Positions 31,042 to 42,065 of a stretch of DNA of 64,000 nt are shown here, piece after piece. The DNA is from an uncultured Comamonadaceae bacterium (GTDB lineage Bacteria; Pseudomonadota; Gammaproteobacteria; Burkholderiales; Burkholderiaceae_C): NCBI GenBank assembly GCA_963933825.1, contig CAWVVY010000001.1:78797-142796 (forward strand), written 5' to 3'. The notes beneath the pieces were generated by a model. That model made no database searches. It saw only the letters and a list, made by a program, of their open reading frames with translations, and was not told the DNA's origin. A program made the position numbers and the translations under genes. Position 1 is the stretch's first letter, and every line of letters starts with the position of its first letter.

Positions 31042-31914
31042 TCAGCCTACAGCATCCGCGCTTTGCCGCTGCATCATGGCCAGGAGGTTGGCAATGGTGG
31101 GACGCAACTCAAGGCGGTTGCAAATCAAGTCAACGGCGCCTTTGCTCTGCAAAAATTCGGCTCGCTGGAAGCCTTCAGGCAAGGTCACGCGCACGGTGCT
31201 TTCAATCACGCGTGGTCCGGCGAAGCCAATCAGGGCTTTTGGCTCGGCAATCACAACATCACCCATGAATGCAAATCCCGCACTCACACCGCCCATGGTT
31301 GGGTCAGTCAGCACGCTGATGTAAGGCAATCCTTTTTTGGCCAAGCGGGTCAGCGAAGCATTGGTTTTCGCCATTTGCATCAGAGACAACAAACCTTCTT
31401 GCATGCGTGCGCCACCGGTGGCAGTGAAGCAAATGAACGGACACTTCTGTTCAATCGCGTGTTCGACGCCGCGCACAAAGCGCTCACCGACCACCGAGCC
31501 CATAGAGCCGCCCATGAAGTCAAACTCGAACGCGGCCACCACCACGGCCATGTTCAATACGCTGCCGCTCATGACAACCAAGGCGTCTGTTTCGCCAGTA
31601 TTTTTCTTGGCCTCTTTTAAACGCTCGGCGTACTTGCGGCTGTCTTTAAACTTGAGCGCATCGACGGGCTCAACTTCCTGCGCAATGTCGTAACGGCCTG
31701 CGGCGTCTAAAAAGGTATTCAATCGGGCGCGTGCGCCCATGCGGTGGTGGTGGTCGCAATGCGGGCAGACGTAGGTGTTCTTTTCCAAGTCGGACTTGTA
31801 CAGCACGGCGTCGCACTGGCCACATTTTGTCCACACACCCTCTGGCACGCTGCGCCTGTTAGCAGCAAGCGTGGGGTTGATACGTGGCGGTAATAGTTTT
31901 TCTAACCAAGACAT
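31042..31914 (-). CDS. accD: Acetyl-CoA carboxylase carboxyltransferase beta subunit
   Basis: N-terminal zinc ribbon CGQC...CPHC plus the carboxyltransferase domain. Confidence 0.93.
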   Translation of the reverse strand: MSWLEKLLPPRINPTLAANRRSVPEGVWTKCGQCDAVLYKSDLEKNTYVCPHCDHHHRMGARARLNTFLDAAGRYDIAQEVEPVDALKFKDSRKYAERLKEAKKNTGETDALVVMSGSVLNMAVVVAAFEFDFMGGSMGSVVGERFVRGVEHAIEQKCPFICFTATGGARMQEGLLSLMQMAKTNASLTRLAKKGLPYISVLTDPTMGGVSAGFAFMGDVVIAEPKALIGFAGPRVIESTVRVTLPEGFQRAEFLQSKGAVDLICNRLELRPTIANLLAMMQRQSADAVG

Positions 31915-31994
31915 GATAATTCCCTTTTTCCTAGCAGCTGCTGCACATGGGCGTTGTCAGACGCGGGTGGTGGTGACACAGCCAACGTGCTAGT

Positions 31995-32816
31995 TTAGCG
32001 TGGCCCCAAGGCGTTGAGAGCAATTCTTATTTCGCCAAGGAAGTCCCGCACATGGCTGCCAACCTCATCCTTGGGCGCCGTTTGCGCTATTTGAATGATT
32101 TTCGTACCAATAACAACCGCATCTGCTTGTGCGCCGACGGCGCATGCTGTGTGTGCATCCCGAATACCAAAGCCTACCCCCACGGGTATGTGAATGTGCT
32201 TGCGAATGCGCGGCAGCATGGCGGCCACTGCATCGGTATCAAGATGGCCAGCACCAGTAACGCCTTTGAGCGACACATAGTACACATAGCCAGTTGCAAG
32301 TTGCCCAACCATGGCCATGCGCTCGTCGGTAGACGTGGGCGCTAGTAAAAATATAAGGTCCATGTCTTGGGCACGCAGCGCCGCAGCAAAGTCTTCACAT
32401 TCTTCAGGTGGGTAGTCCACTACCAATACACCATCAACCCCTGCGGCTTTGGCGTCGCGCACAAATGCGTTCTCTCCCTGGTTGTAGTCGTAGCGCTCAA
32501 TCGGATTGGCATAGCCCATGAGCACCACTGGTGTGGTGTCATCGTTTTGTCTGAAGTCGCTCACCATGGCCAGGATTTGGGTCAAGCCAATGCCGTCGCG
32601 CAGAGCTTGCTCGCCTGCTTGTTGAATGACAGGGCCATCGGCCATGGGGTCAGAAAAAGGGACGCCCAGCTCAATGATGTCTGCCCCACCTTTGACCATG
32701 TCGTGCATCAACGATGGTGTGATGTCTGGTTGAGGAAAGCCCGCGGTGATGTAGGGTATCAGTGCGCGTTGGCCTTTGGCAGCCAAGGCGGCCATGGTCG
32801 GTTGAATGCGACTCAT
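31995..32816 (-). CDS. trpA: Tryptophan synthase alpha chain
   Basis: Starting from [15 protein letters not shown]..., the ATG overlaps the trpB stop (ATGA). Motif [14 protein letters not shown]. Confidence 0.92.
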   Translation of the reverse strand: MSRIQPTMAALAAKGQRALIPYITAGFPQPDITPSLMHDMVKGGADIIELGVPFSDPMADGPVIQQAGEQALRDGIGLTQILAMVSDFRQNDDTTPVVLMGYANPIERYDYNQGENAFVRDAKAAGVDGVLVVDYPPEECEDFAAALRAQDMDLIFLLAPTSTDERMAMVGQLATGYVYYVSLKGVTGAGHLDTDAVAAMLPRIRKHIHIPVGVGFGIRDAHTACAVGAQADAVVIGTKIIQIAQTAPKDEVGSHVRDFLGEIRIALNALGPR

Positions 32817-34090
32817 GACTTGAACCCCACAACCTGTTCGCCTGACTGAATCCCGCCTTTGACGCTTTGGCCTGAACAACTTGGGCGGCAAAAGAAATCG
32901 GCATTGCTGAGGTCGGCCACGGTGCCAATGTCCTTGTCGCCGCGACCTGATAGGTTGACCAAAATAGTCTGGTCTGGTGACATGGTTTTGGCCATTTTCA
33001 TGGCGTAAGCCAACGCATGGCTGGATTCCAACGCTGGAATAATGCCCTCGACACGGCACAGGTGATGGAAAGCATCCAGTGCTTCTGTGTCGGTAATGCC
33101 CACGTATTCTGCCCGCTTGATGTCTGCAAGGTAAGCGTGCTCTGGGCCAACGCCTGGGTAGTCAAGGCCTGCACTGACGGAGTGTGTTTCGGTAATTTGC
33201 CCCATGCTGTCTTGCAGCAAGTAGGTACGATTGCCGTGTAACACGCCCGGTGTACCTCTGCTGATAGAGGCGCTGTGTCGGCCTGAGTCCAAGCCTTCTC
33301 CTGCAGCTTCCACACCAATGAGGCGCGTATTGACGTGCGCGATGTAGGGGTGAAAAATGCCCATGGCATTGCTGCCCCCGCCCACGCAGGCTACGACTGC
33401 ATCGGGTTGTCTGCCGGTCATGACTGGCATTTGCTCTAAGCATTCGTTGCCAATGACGCTTTGAAAGTCGCGCACCATCATGGGGTAGGGGTGTGGACCA
33501 GCCACTGTGCCAATGATGTAGAAGGTGTTTTCAACATTGGTGACCCAGTCACGCATGGCTTCATTCAACGCGTCTTTCAAGGTTCGGCTGCCAGAATTGA
33601 CAGGTACTACTGTCGCGCCAAGCAGCTTCATGCGGTACACATTGGGGCTTTGGCGCTTGACGTCCTCGCTGCCCATGTATACAACGCACTCAAGACCGTA
33701 GCGGGCGCAAATGGTAGCTGTGGCCACGCCGTGCTGGCCGGCACCGGTTTCGGCAATGATACGGGGCTTGCCCATGCGCTTGGCCAGCATGGCTTGGCCA
33801 ATCACGTTGTTGATTTTGTGCGCGCCGGTGTGGTTCAAGTCCTCCCGCTTCAGGTAAATTTGTGCGCCACCAATCTCACTGCTGGTGCGCGCAGCGTGGT
33901 AAATGGGGCTCGGGCGGCCTACAAAGTGGGCCAGTTCGTAATTGAACTCGCGCAAAAACTCTGGGTCGTGCTGGTAACGTGCGTAAGTTTCTTTCAACTC
34001 GGCAATGGCGTGTGTGAGGGTTTCACTCACAAAGCTGCCGCCATAAGGGCCAAAATGGCCGCGCGCATCGGGTTGTTGGTAGTTGTCCAT
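32813..34090 (-). CDS. trpB: Tryptophan synthase beta chain
   Basis: [14 protein letters not shown]-lysine motif and GGGSNAMG. Confidence 0.95.
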   Translation of the reverse strand: MDNYQQPDARGHFGPYGGSFVSETLTHAIAELKETYARYQHDPEFLREFNYELAHFVGRPSPIYHAARTSSEIGGAQIYLKREDLNHTGAHKINNVIGQAMLAKRMGKPRIIAETGAGQHGVATATICARYGLECVVYMGSEDVKRQSPNVYRMKLLGATVVPVNSGSRTLKDALNEAMRDWVTNVENTFYIIGTVAGPHPYPMMVRDFQSVIGNECLEQMPVMTGRQPDAVVACVGGGSNAMGIFHPYIAHVNTRLIGVEAAGEGLDSGRHSASISRGTPGVLHGNRTYLLQDSMGQITETHSVSAGLDYPGVGPEHAYLADIKRAEYVGITDTEALDAFHHLCRVEGIIPALESSHALAYAMKMAKTMSPDQTILVNLSGRGDKDIGTVADLSNADFFCRPSCSGQSVKGGIQSGEQVVGFKS

Positions 34091-34192
34091 GGGAATGCCT
34101 CTATCGGAAAAACGTATTGACTGTGTGTTTGCAGCGCCTCACCGGAGCCACTGTAAAACAACGGCTGCTGGGTGGCGCAACTGACAATATGA

Positions 34193-34846
34193 CTAAGTGT
34201 GAGCGCTGCGAACGGCTTGGTAAAAATCAAGCATCAGCGTGCGGTCTTTGATGCCTTTGGATTGCTCTATGCCAGAGCTGACATCAACGGCCCAAGGCCT
34301 AGCGAGGCGAATGCCATCGGTCACATTTGCAGGATTGAGTCCACCAGATAAAACGAGGCGATGGTTTGCGTTTAGTTCGGGGTGTGACCACGGGAAAGCT
34401 GTCCAGTCAAAAGAATGTCCGCCGCCCCCATAAGCATCAATTTTTGCGTCTAACAAAATGGCTTGTGCCGGGCGGTACTGTTGGTTGAATTGTAAAAGAT
34501 CAAAGCCGGCTGCGCCATTACCCACAGGAACACGTGCTACTTTCCAAAAAGGCTGGCCAAACCGTTCGCAATCGGACAGGCTTTCTTCCCCGTGAAACTG
34601 CAGTACGGCACCAGGCGCCTGCGCCAAGGCCGCTGTTACATCAGAGGCCAGTGCGTTTACAAACAACAGCACGGGCGTGATGTGCGGCGGCAGTATGGCC
34701 GCCAGTTGCCCAATACGCTCAGGTGTAACAAAGCGCGGGCTTTTGGCGTAGCACACAAAGCCAATGAAGTCGGCGCCGACTTCAATGGCGTTTTCAACAT
34801 CGATTTCACGCGTGAAGCCGCAAAACTTAATACGGGTAGGGGTCAT
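34193..34846 (-). CDS. trpF: Phosphoribosylanthranilate isomerase
   Basis: IKFCGFT... N-terminus, 217 aa, in trp gene context. Confidence 0.88.
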   Translation of the reverse strand: MTPTRIKFCGFTREIDVENAIEVGADFIGFVCYAKSPRFVTPERIGQLAAILPPHITPVLLFVNALASDVTAALAQAPGAVLQFHGEESLSDCERFGQPFWKVARVPVGNGAAGFDLLQFNQQYRPAQAILLDAKIDAYGGGGHSFDWTAFPWSHPELNANHRLVLSGGLNPANVTDGIRLARPWAVDVSSGIEQSKGIKDRTLMLDFYQAVRSAHT

Positions 34847-35676
34847 AGAGGTAGGCTGTCAAATGCTGGTGTGCGCTCGGGTAGCCCCCAATGCGCGTCG
34901 TATGTGGGGCCTAGAAAATACAGCCCGCTGGGGCTGAAGGTGGGCGATGCCGCGTTGCGGTTGCGCGCTGCCAGCACCTCTTTAATCCATTCCGGCGAGC
35001 GTCTGCCCAAACCAATGTCAACCAAACAGCCCATGATGTTGCGAATCATGTGGTGCAAAAAGGCATTGCCTTCTACGTCAAGGCGAATGTATGCGCCCAT
35101 GTGGGTGAAGTCGGCACGGAGCAAGGTTTTGACGGGTGAGGGTGACTGGCATTGCGCGGCTCTAAAAGATGAAAAATCGTGCTCGCCCAGCAGATATTGG
35201 GCCGCTGCGGCCATGTGCGCAACTTGTAAGGGCTGGTGAATCCATCCCACGCGGTCCACATCTAAGCAAGGCCGCACACCATCAGCCATCACGATATAAG
35301 CGTAGCGCCTGGTCAGGGCGCTGCCACGCGCGTGGAATGTTTTGGGCACCACGCGTGCCCACTGCACAGCGATGTCTTTGGGTAAGTAGCGGTTGGTGCC
35401 TCGCACCCACGATGCCTCGTCTCTGCGCGTGTGGCTGTCAAAGTGCACCACTTGCATCAGACCATGCACACCAGAGTCTGTGCGCCCAGCACATACAGTG
35501 CCGATGGTTTCGCCAGCGGTAAATTGCCCAAGGGCAAGCTGTAACTTGTCCTGAACTGTATTACCGTCGGCCTGACTTTGCCAGCCAAAATACGCCGAGC
35601 CTTGGTAGGCCACACCGAGGGCAATGCGTTGTGACCCTGCGGGCTCTGTATCTGCGAAAGCGCTTGTTAGGTTCAA
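34843..35676 (-). CDS. truA: tRNA pseudouridine(38-40) synthase
   Basis: The GRTDSGVHG catalytic Asp motif. Overlaps the trpF start. Confidence 0.9.
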   Translation of the reverse strand: MNLTSAFADTEPAGSQRIALGVAYQGSAYFGWQSQADGNTVQDKLQLALGQFTAGETIGTVCAGRTDSGVHGLMQVVHFDSHTRRDEASWVRGTNRYLPKDIAVQWARVVPKTFHARGSALTRRYAYIVMADGVRPCLDVDRVGWIHQPLQVAHMAAAAQYLLGEHDFSSFRAAQCQSPSPVKTLLRADFTHMGAYIRLDVEGNAFLHHMIRNIMGCLVDIGLGRRSPEWIKEVLAARNRNAASPTFSPSGLYFLGPTYDAHWGLPERTPAFDSLPL

Positions 35677-37454
35677 CGGTTGTCTTTGAGGTCTAGGTCA
35701 GACGCACGCAAGTCCGTCATGCTGCTAATGGGAGATGCGGCTTGCACGTTGTAGAGCTCGTTTTCAGGATCGATAATTCGACCCCAGTCACAACATTGTG
35801 CCCATTCAGCTGAGTCTAAGTCGACCAAGGGTTTTAATTCCCGCGCAGTTGCTTCAAAGGCCAGTTGTGCCCCGCGCTGTTTGTGGAAGTCAAGCAGTGC
35901 CATGTAGTAATCGGGACGATCGGTGTCATAAGCCAAGGCTTGGTTCAGTGTGTGAACAGCCAAGTCTTGAAATCCAGCGCGCCACAAGCCATAGGCCTTG
36001 CTTAAGTTGTCCTCATCGCTGTCATGGTTTTGATCTGAATTTGCTTCAGCGCTGGTCACGATGGGTGTCGCGTCTTGAATAGGGTTGACCGTTGTGCCTA
36101 AGTTGTCAGCTACAGGGCCAGTTTCATAGCCATCAGAGCGGTCAGGTCCTGCGACTTCAGCACGTTTACGCTTGGGCATAAACAGCCACAACAGCAGCGC
36201 CAACAGGGCCGCAGCAATGGGCCAAAACAGTGGGTGCTGGACTTGTGGTTGCTGCCAAAACGCGTGGTTGCGAATGCGCGCAGCCATGGTTTGCAATTGC
36301 GTGGGTTGGCTGTCCGGCGCAGTGGCAGTTGTTTGGGCAGTTGTTGATACTGCTGTTGGGTCTACAGTCGCCTCGGCAGTGGGCACTTCTTTGAGTGATG
36401 TGCCCATTGTGATTGCATCGCTATTAGAGGTTGCAGTTGACGACTCCTGCGCAGCCGGTGTTGAATCAGTGCTGGGTGTTAACTCGTCTTTAAGCGCCTG
36501 CAACTCGTTGATTCGCTGCTGAGCAGCAGCCTCACGTTGTGTGGTTTCTTGCGCAGCTTGCGCCTGGGCTATGGCTTCCAGTTCTTTGGCTGAGTCTTGT
36601 GTAGCCTTGAGCTCCAAACGGTCGCCAGTGGCCGGTTTCGCGGTTTGTTCTTGCTGCACGCTACCGGTTTTTGGGTCTTGTGTGACATTGGCCGGCGCTG
36701 CGTTGCCGGCCAAACGTTGTTTGTAGGCTTGAAATTGCGCCAATTGCGCTTGTACCAGCCTGTCGGCCTCAGCGGCGTCGACTGCTCGCACTTGGGCTGC
36801 GCTGGGCAAGGTGACCGTGGCACCAGCTCTGATGAGGTTTAGGTTGTCTTGTATGAAGGCTGCCGTGTTTGTTCTCTGCAAAGCAATGAGTGCTTGATTG
36901 GCACTGACACCTTCACCAAAAGTCTTGAAAGATCTATCAATTATTTCGCTCGCGGTATCGCCGTTTTGCACACGCTCGTTTGCGGGTGTTACATCTGCTG
37001 AAGCAGGCGATTCGGAACTGTTTGTTGCGGGTAACAGTTGCAAAGCGAATTCTCGCTGCAACACGCCGCTGGACCAGCGCACAGTTAAGAGCAAATCTGT
37101 GTTGGTTTGCTCAATCGCGTCTCGCGTGCTGATATCAACATAGGCGCTACCGTCTGCCCGTCTGCGGATGACCACAGTCATCACGGCCAAACTGGCCCGG
37201 TATTGCAAGCCAGCTTGCGTATAGCTGCCAGGTGGTGCTGGCTTAATTTCAAGCTTGGCGAGCTCAGCCGCGGTCACACCAGTCACCTCAATGCGTGCCC
37301 GCAAGGGCTCACCCTGGCTAGACTGAACAGTTGCGCCACCTAGGTCAACGGCCCAACTCATGCTGCTGATTAGACATGCAGTGGCTGCACCCAGGGTCCG
37401 CAGCTTCAGGGAGGTTCTTGAGCGAGAGAGAGATGTGTGTTGATTGGCTGACAT
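35673..37454 (-). CDS. fimV: FimV-like protein (N-terminal FimV/LysM-like region, low-complexity centre, TM segment, TPR-like C-terminus)
   Basis: Conserved position between asd and truA. It has a signal/TM N-terminus, Ala/Gln/Thr-rich repeats and a WPIAAALLALLLWLF TM segment. The start may instead be 37499. Confidence 0.7.
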   Translation of the reverse strand: MSANQHTSLSRSRTSLKLRTLGAATACLISSMSWAVDLGGATVQSSQGEPLRARIEVTGVTAAELAKLEIKPAPPGSYTQAGLQYRASLAVMTVVIRRRADGSAYVDISTRDAIEQTNTDLLLTVRWSSGVLQREFALQLLPATNSSESPASADVTPANERVQNGDTASEIIDRSFKTFGEGVSANQALIALQRTNTAAFIQDNLNLIRAGATVTLPSAAQVRAVDAAEADRLVQAQLAQFQAYKQRLAGNAAPANVTQDPKTGSVQQEQTAKPATGDRLELKATQDSAKELEAIAQAQAAQETTQREAAAQQRINELQALKDELTPSTDSTPAAQESSTATSNSDAITMGTSLKEVPTAEATVDPTAVSTTAQTTATAPDSQPTQLQTMAARIRNHAFWQQPQVQHPLFWPIAAALLALLLWLFMPKRKRAEVAGPDRSDGYETGPVADNLGTTVNPIQDATPIVTSAEANSDQNHDSDEDNLSKAYGLWRAGFQDLAVHTLNQALAYDTDRPDYYMALLDFHKQRGAQLAFEATARELKPLVDLDSAEWAQCCDWGRIIDPENELYNVQAASPISSMTDLRASDLDLKDNR

Positions 37455-37600
37455 CGGGTGTTCCATGTGCGAGTGAATCAATAAAACCTGCTTATACAAA
37501 CTGTAGCACCATGTAGAAAGTCAAGCCAAGTTCGCGAGTGCTGCTGCTACAGGCTTTAGAAGCTGTTGATCTTCTTAAGCCTCGCGGCGTACTGACTGCC

Positions 37601-38731
37601 TCAGTTGTCTAGCAATATGCGCAACATACGGCGCAACGGTTCAGCAGCGCCCCACAGCAACTGGTCGCCAACGGTGAATGCGCCCACGTATTCAGGCCCC
37701 ATAGCCAGCTTGCGAACGCGACCTACGGGAATGCTCATGGTGCCGGTCACAGCCACAGGCGTGAGATCACGTATGGTGTCCTCTCGGTTGTTGGGCACTA
37801 CTTTTACCCAGTCGTTGTCTGCGGCCATCAAGGCCTCAAGGTCAGCCACTGGCACATCTTTGTTCAGCTTAAAGGTGAGTGCTTGACTGTGGGAGCGCAT
37901 AGCACCTACGCGCACACAGAAACCATCAACCGGAATGGCGGGTGCGGTAAAGCCTTCACCCAAGCCCAAAATCTTATTGGTTTCTGCCATCCCTTTCCAC
38001 TCCTCTTTCGACATGCCATTGCCCAAGTCTTTGTCAATCCAAGGTATCAATGAGCCGCCCAGTGGCACGGTAAAATTGGCCGTTTCGTCGCTGCTTAAAG
38101 CGCGTTGTTTGGCCACAATCATGCGGTCGATTTCTAATATCGCGCTTGTGGGATCGTCTAACAAGGCTTTGACCTCAGCATGCAGTGTGCCGTACTGCGT
38201 CAACAACTCGCGCATATGTTGTGCACCGCCGCCAGAGGCTGCTTGGTAGGTTTGTGTGCTCATCCACTCCACCAGACCGGCCTTGTACAAAGCGCCAACG
38301 CCCATCAGCATGCAGCTGACCGTGCAGTTGCCGCCCACCCAGTTGGTGTTGCCATTGCCAAGCGCGTTTTTGATGACGTGCATGTTGACTGGGTCTAAGA
38401 CGATGACGGCGTCGTCTTTCATGCGCAATGTGGACGCTGCGTCAATCCAATGGCCAGTCCAGCCAGCAGCACGTAACTTTGGAAATACCTCGGCGGTGTA
38501 GTCACCGCCCTGGGCCGTGATGATGATCTCGCAACGCTTGAGCGCAGCAATTTCATAAGCGTCTTGTAGCTTGGTTTCGTTTTTGGCCTGGGACGGCGCA
38601 GTCCCGCCAGCGTTGGAGGTGGAAAAAAATAATGGTTCTATCAGCTCAAAATCGCCTTCAGCCATCATGCGGTCTATGAGCACCGAGCCCACCATACCGC
38701 GCCAACCTATCAAACCTACCAACTTACTCAT
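37601..38731 (-). CDS. asd: Aspartate-semialdehyde dehydrogenase
   Basis: [18 protein letters not shown]-terminus and the GGNCTVS active-site Cys. Confidence 0.93.
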   Translation of the reverse strand: MSKLVGLIGWRGMVGSVLIDRMMAEGDFELIEPLFFSTSNAGGTAPSQAKNETKLQDAYEIAALKRCEIIITAQGGDYTAEVFPKLRAAGWTGHWIDAASTLRMKDDAVIVLDPVNMHVIKNALGNGNTNWVGGNCTVSCMLMGVGALYKAGLVEWMSTQTYQAASGGGAQHMRELLTQYGTLHAEVKALLDDPTSAILEIDRMIVAKQRALSSDETANFTVPLGGSLIPWIDKDLGNGMSKEEWKGMAETNKILGLGEGFTAPAIPVDGFCVRVGAMRSHSQALTFKLNKDVPVADLEALMAADNDWVKVVPNNREDTIRDLTPVAVTGTMSIPVGRVRKLAMGPEYVGAFTVGDQLLWGAAEPLRRMLRILLDN

Positions 38732-39094
38732 GACTGTTCGCCCTTTAACAATGACATCTATAAAAAACCTGTGCCAATCCAGCACCGACTGTTCAATACT
38801 GCAGAGCCCAGCCCGTCTGGCCAGTTGGGCACAACGAGCGGGGGGCTGTTAGCCTTTAATCGTCGCAATGGTGTTGGTTGTCTTGCACTGCCCATCACGT
38901 GGCAAACGCTTGTCGACAGTGCTGCGGTGTTGGCTGCACAATTTAATTATAAATTGTAGTGCATTTGCTCTACGTCTATAACGGATAAAACAAGGTGACT
39001 GATGGCCCGAGGCTGGCAAAAACCTGCGCTACAGACAGCTTGACCAACGGGTTGTTTTGTTATCCCTCTTGCGACCTTAGCGACCTTAGCGACG

Positions 39095-39556
39095 TTATTG
39101 CTTACATTTCAAGGATGGGCCATCAGTGGCCAGCGGCCAGTGGCAAGCACATGCTTCCCCATGAGCCGCCTCTACCAGCACTTGTAACACCCCGCATGCT
39201 TGGTCAGGTGAAGCGTTATGGCAACTTGCGCGCAGGCTCTTAAGCTGGCCAAGCAGTGTTTGCAGGCTGGTTATTTTGAGTTGCACACGGTCGATGTGAT
39301 TGCTGACCAATGACTCGGCGTGTAGGTGGGTGTATGCATTGGCTAGCGTCATGTCTAGCAAGCTTTGAATATCTGCCAGCGGCATGTCCAAACTGCGGCA
39401 ATGGCGAATGAACAGCAAGCGCTCTTGATGCACGGCTTGGTAGTCGCGGTAGCCGTTAGCAAGTCGCGGGGGGTGCGGCATCAGGCCTTTTTTTTCGTAA
39501 AACCGTATGGTCTCCGTGTCTGTGTAGGCCGCAGTTGCCAGTTCTTTAATTTTCAT
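39095..39556 (-). CDS. MerR-family metal-responsive transcriptional regulator (CadR/ZntR/PbrR-like)
   Basis: The HTH region MKIKELA...ETIRFYEKKGL, a coiled dimerisation helix and a Cys-rich C-terminus (C..ACGV...EACACH). Confidence 0.8.
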   Translation of the reverse strand: MKIKELATAAYTDTETIRFYEKKGLMPHPPRLANGYRDYQAVHQERLLFIRHCRSLDMPLADIQSLLDMTLANAYTHLHAESLVSNHIDRVQLKITSLQTLLGQLKSLRASCHNASPDQACGVLQVLVEAAHGEACACHWPLATDGPSLKCKQ

Positions 39557-39565
39557 ATGAAGCGC

Positions 39566-39596
39566 TTGACTCCGTAGTGACTACAGGGTTTTAAAT
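39566..39596 (+). promoter_or_regulatory. MerR-type promoter/operator for the divergent CDF gene
   Basis: TTGACT (39566-71), a 19-bp spacer carrying the dyad GTAGT-g-ACTAC, then TTAAAT (39591-96). An over-long spacer with a dyad is the hallmark of MerR-family promoters. Confidence 0.7.
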
Positions 39597-39648
39597 GGTA
39601 GCACCAGGTATGACCCCCTGCCTGATGACCCATTGAAAGGACAAGTCC

Positions 39649-40269
39649 ATGGCTGCACATGTTTGCGCGCACGACACGCCATCTCCTAAACGCATGACCA
39701 ACCTACCCCGCTACCGGCTTATTTTGTGGGTCGCTGTAGTGGTTAATGCGGCGATGTTTGTTGTGGAACTGCGCGCCGGGTTGAGTGCCAACTCGTTGTC
39801 GTTGTGGGCGGATGCCATTGATTTTGGTGGCGATGCGTTGAACTATGGCATGTCCTTGGCGGTGCTAGCGTCTGCAATCGCCTGGCGCGCACGCGTGGCC
39901 CTGTTCAAAGGCTTCTGCATGATGGGCTTCGGCGTTGGCGTGCTGGTTCATGCGGTTTGGTCAGCGTGGGGCGGCGAGGTGCCAGAGCCCTTGATCATGG
40001 GCAGTGTTGCCGTTGTGGCCTTGGTCGCCAATGTGGGGGTGGCTTGGATGCTGTACGCTTTTCGCGAGGGTGATGCCAATATGCGCAGCGTCTGGCTGTG
40101 CTCGCGCAACGATGCCATAGGCAACGTTGCTGTGTTGGCGGCTGCCGGTGGTGTGTTGGGCAGTGGCAGCGCGTGGCCAGACTTGTTGGTCGCCAGTGCC
40201 ATGGCCAGTTTGGCACTCACCAGTGGCTGGCAAGTGCTCAAACTAGCGCGTCAAGAGTTGGTTGCTTAG
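39649..40269 (+). CDS. Cation diffusion facilitator-type metal efflux protein (TM domain only, 206 aa)
   Basis: Six predicted TM helices with a CDF-like ...[16 protein letters not shown] motif. Divergent from the MerR regulator. Confidence 0.7.
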   Translation: MAAHVCAHDTPSPKRMTNLPRYRLILWVAVVVNAAMFVVELRAGLSANSLSLWADAIDFGGDALNYGMSLAVLASAIAWRARVALFKGFCMMGFGVGVLVHAVWSAWGGEVPEPLIMGSVAVVALVANVGVAWMLYAFREGDANMRSVWLCSRNDAIGNVAVLAAAGGVLGSGSAWPDLLVASAMASLALTSGWQVLKLARQELVA

Positions 40270-41345
40270 CCCTGCGCCAGCAGAGCTGTCACAACCGCGT
40301 CCCCCATCTCTGTGGTGCCCACTTTGGTGGTGCCCTGTGCGTAGATGTCCGGCGTGCGCAAACCTTGCGTCAGCACGGCCTTGACGGCGTCTTCGATTTT
40401 GTCAGCCATAGCCGCTTGGTTTAACGAGTAGCGAAGCATCATGGCCGCACTCAAAATGGTGGCCAATGGGTTCGCAATACCTTGGCCTGCAATGTCAGGT
40501 GCACTGCCATGGCTTGGCTCGTACAGGCCCTTGTTGTTCACATCCAGAGATGCGGAGGGCAGCATGCCAATTGAGCCTGTGAGCATAGAGGCTTCGTCAG
40601 ACAAGATGTCGCCAAACATATTGCCTGTCACCACCACGTCGAATTTTTTGGGTTCTTTTACCAGCTGCATGGCGGCGTTGTCCACGTACATGTGGTCTAG
40701 GACAACATCTGGGTAGGCTTGACCGACCTCGGTCATCACGTCTTTCCAGAACTGGAAAGTTTCCAATACATTGGATTTGTCGACGCTGGTCAAGCGCTTG
40801 TGGCGCAAGCGTGCGGCTTTAAACGCCACGTGCGCAATACGCTCAATTTCTGGTCGTGAGTAGCGCATGGTGTCAAAGGCTTCTTCTGCGCCTGGGAAAT
40901 GGCCATCAGTGGCCGTGCGGCGTCCACGCGGCTGGCCAAAGTAAATGTCGCCAGTCAACTCGCGAATGATGAGTATGTCTAAGCCAGCAATCAGCTCAGG
41001 CTTGAGGCTAGAGGCGTCGACCAACTGCTCGTAGCAAATGGCGGGGCGGAAATTGGCAAATAGGCCCAAGTGCTTGCGCAAACCCAATATGGCTTGTTCC
41101 GGACGCAGAGGGCGGTCAAGCGTGTCGTATTTCCAGTCACCTACAGCGCCAAATAAAATAGCGTCTGCGTCTTGTGCCAACTGCAATGTGCTGTCCGGTA
41201 GCGGGTGGCCATGCTGCTCGTAGGCAGTGCCGCCCACGGGGGCAAACGTCATGTCCAAGGGCAAGCCGGTGGCTTGTAGCACCTTGACAGCTTGGTCAAT
41301 GATTTCTGGGCCTATGCCGTCGCCTGGCAGTACTGCAATTTTCAT
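40266..41345 (-). CDS. leuB: 3-isopropylmalate dehydrogenase
   Basis: [15 protein letters not shown] and [10 protein letters not shown]. Confidence 0.95.
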   Translation of the reverse strand: MKIAVLPGDGIGPEIIDQAVKVLQATGLPLDMTFAPVGGTAYEQHGHPLPDSTLQLAQDADAILFGAVGDWKYDTLDRPLRPEQAILGLRKHLGLFANFRPAICYEQLVDASSLKPELIAGLDILIIRELTGDIYFGQPRGRRTATDGHFPGAEEAFDTMRYSRPEIERIAHVAFKAARLRHKRLTSVDKSNVLETFQFWKDVMTEVGQAYPDVVLDHMYVDNAAMQLVKEPKKFDVVVTGNMFGDILSDEASMLTGSIGMLPSASLDVNNKGLYEPSHGSAPDIAGQGIANPLATILSAAMMLRYSLNQAAMADKIEDAVKAVLTQGLRTPDIYAQGTTKVGTTEMGDAVVTALLAQG

Positions 41346-41381
41346 GGTTGTATGTGTTGTGTGTCTAAAGACTGTTGAGCG

Positions 41382-42041
41382 TTAAGCGTTGGGAGTAGGC
41401 AAGCTATGGGCCAACCAAGGCTTTTCAAGCAAACGTTTTGATTCAAAGGCTTTGATTTTGTCGGCGTGCGTTAGGGTAAGGCCAATGTCGTCTAAACCGT
41501 TGATAAGGCAATGCTTGCGAAATGCCTGCACCTCAAATTTAATTTCTTCGCCCTGCGGCTTGATCACCACTTGGCGCTGCAAGTCTACGGTGAGCTCGTA
41601 GCCTGGGAAAGCTGCAACTTCGTCAAACAATGTGCCAACTGTGGCTTCCGGCAATTGAATAGGTAGCAAGCCATTCTTGTAACAGTTGTTAAAAAAGATA
41701 TCTGCAAAGCTAGGCGCAATGATGGCCCTAAAGCCATATTGGTCTATAGCCCAAGGCGCATGCTCACGCGAAGAGCCGCAGCCAAAATTTTTACGCGCCA
41801 GCAGCACAGAAGCACCTGAGTAGCGAGACTGGTTGAGTACAAAGTCAGGGTTGGGTCTGCGGCTGTCGGGGTCTTGCCCAGGAAAGCCCGGGTCTAGGTA
41901 GCGCCATTCGTCAAATAAATTAGGGCCAAAGCCGGTTTTGCGAATGGATTTCAAAAACTGTTTGGGAATGATGGCGTCGGTGTCCACATTCTCTCGGTCA
42001 ATAGGGGCGACCAAGCCCGTGTGTAATGTAAATTGTTGCAT
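41382..42041 (-). CDS. leuD: 3-isopropylmalate dehydratase small subunit
   Basis: 219 aa. [14 protein letters not shown]. Confidence 0.93.
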   Translation of the reverse strand: MQQFTLHTGLVAPIDRENVDTDAIIPKQFLKSIRKTGFGPNLFDEWRYLDPGFPGQDPDSRRPNPDFVLNQSRYSGASVLLARKNFGCGSSREHAPWAIDQYGFRAIIAPSFADIFFNNCYKNGLLPIQLPEATVGTLFDEVAAFPGYELTVDLQRQVVIKPQGEEIKFEVQAFRKHCLINGLDDIGLTLTHADKIKAFESKRLLEKPWLAHSLPTPNA

Positions 42042-42065
42042 GGCTGAGTTCCTGTATTGCTTGGC

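Noticed and set aside
30853-31620. 255-aa plus-strand ORF
   Set aside because: It overlaps accD on the opposite strand. accD has the zinc ribbon and carboxyltransferase motifs; this ORF has none.
32817-33059. 81-codon N-terminal extension of the trpA ORF
   Set aside because: It overlaps the trpB coding sequence. The canonical trpA start (MSRIQ...) overlaps the trpB stop by ATGA.
33461-34120. 219-aa plus-strand ORF
   Set aside because: Antisense to trpB, whose PLP motif is present. Shadow ORF.
39071-39097. Possible CRISPR or minisatellite
   Set aside because: It is only three contiguous 9-bp units with no spacers, which is far too short for a CRISPR array. It is reported only as a minor tandem repeat.
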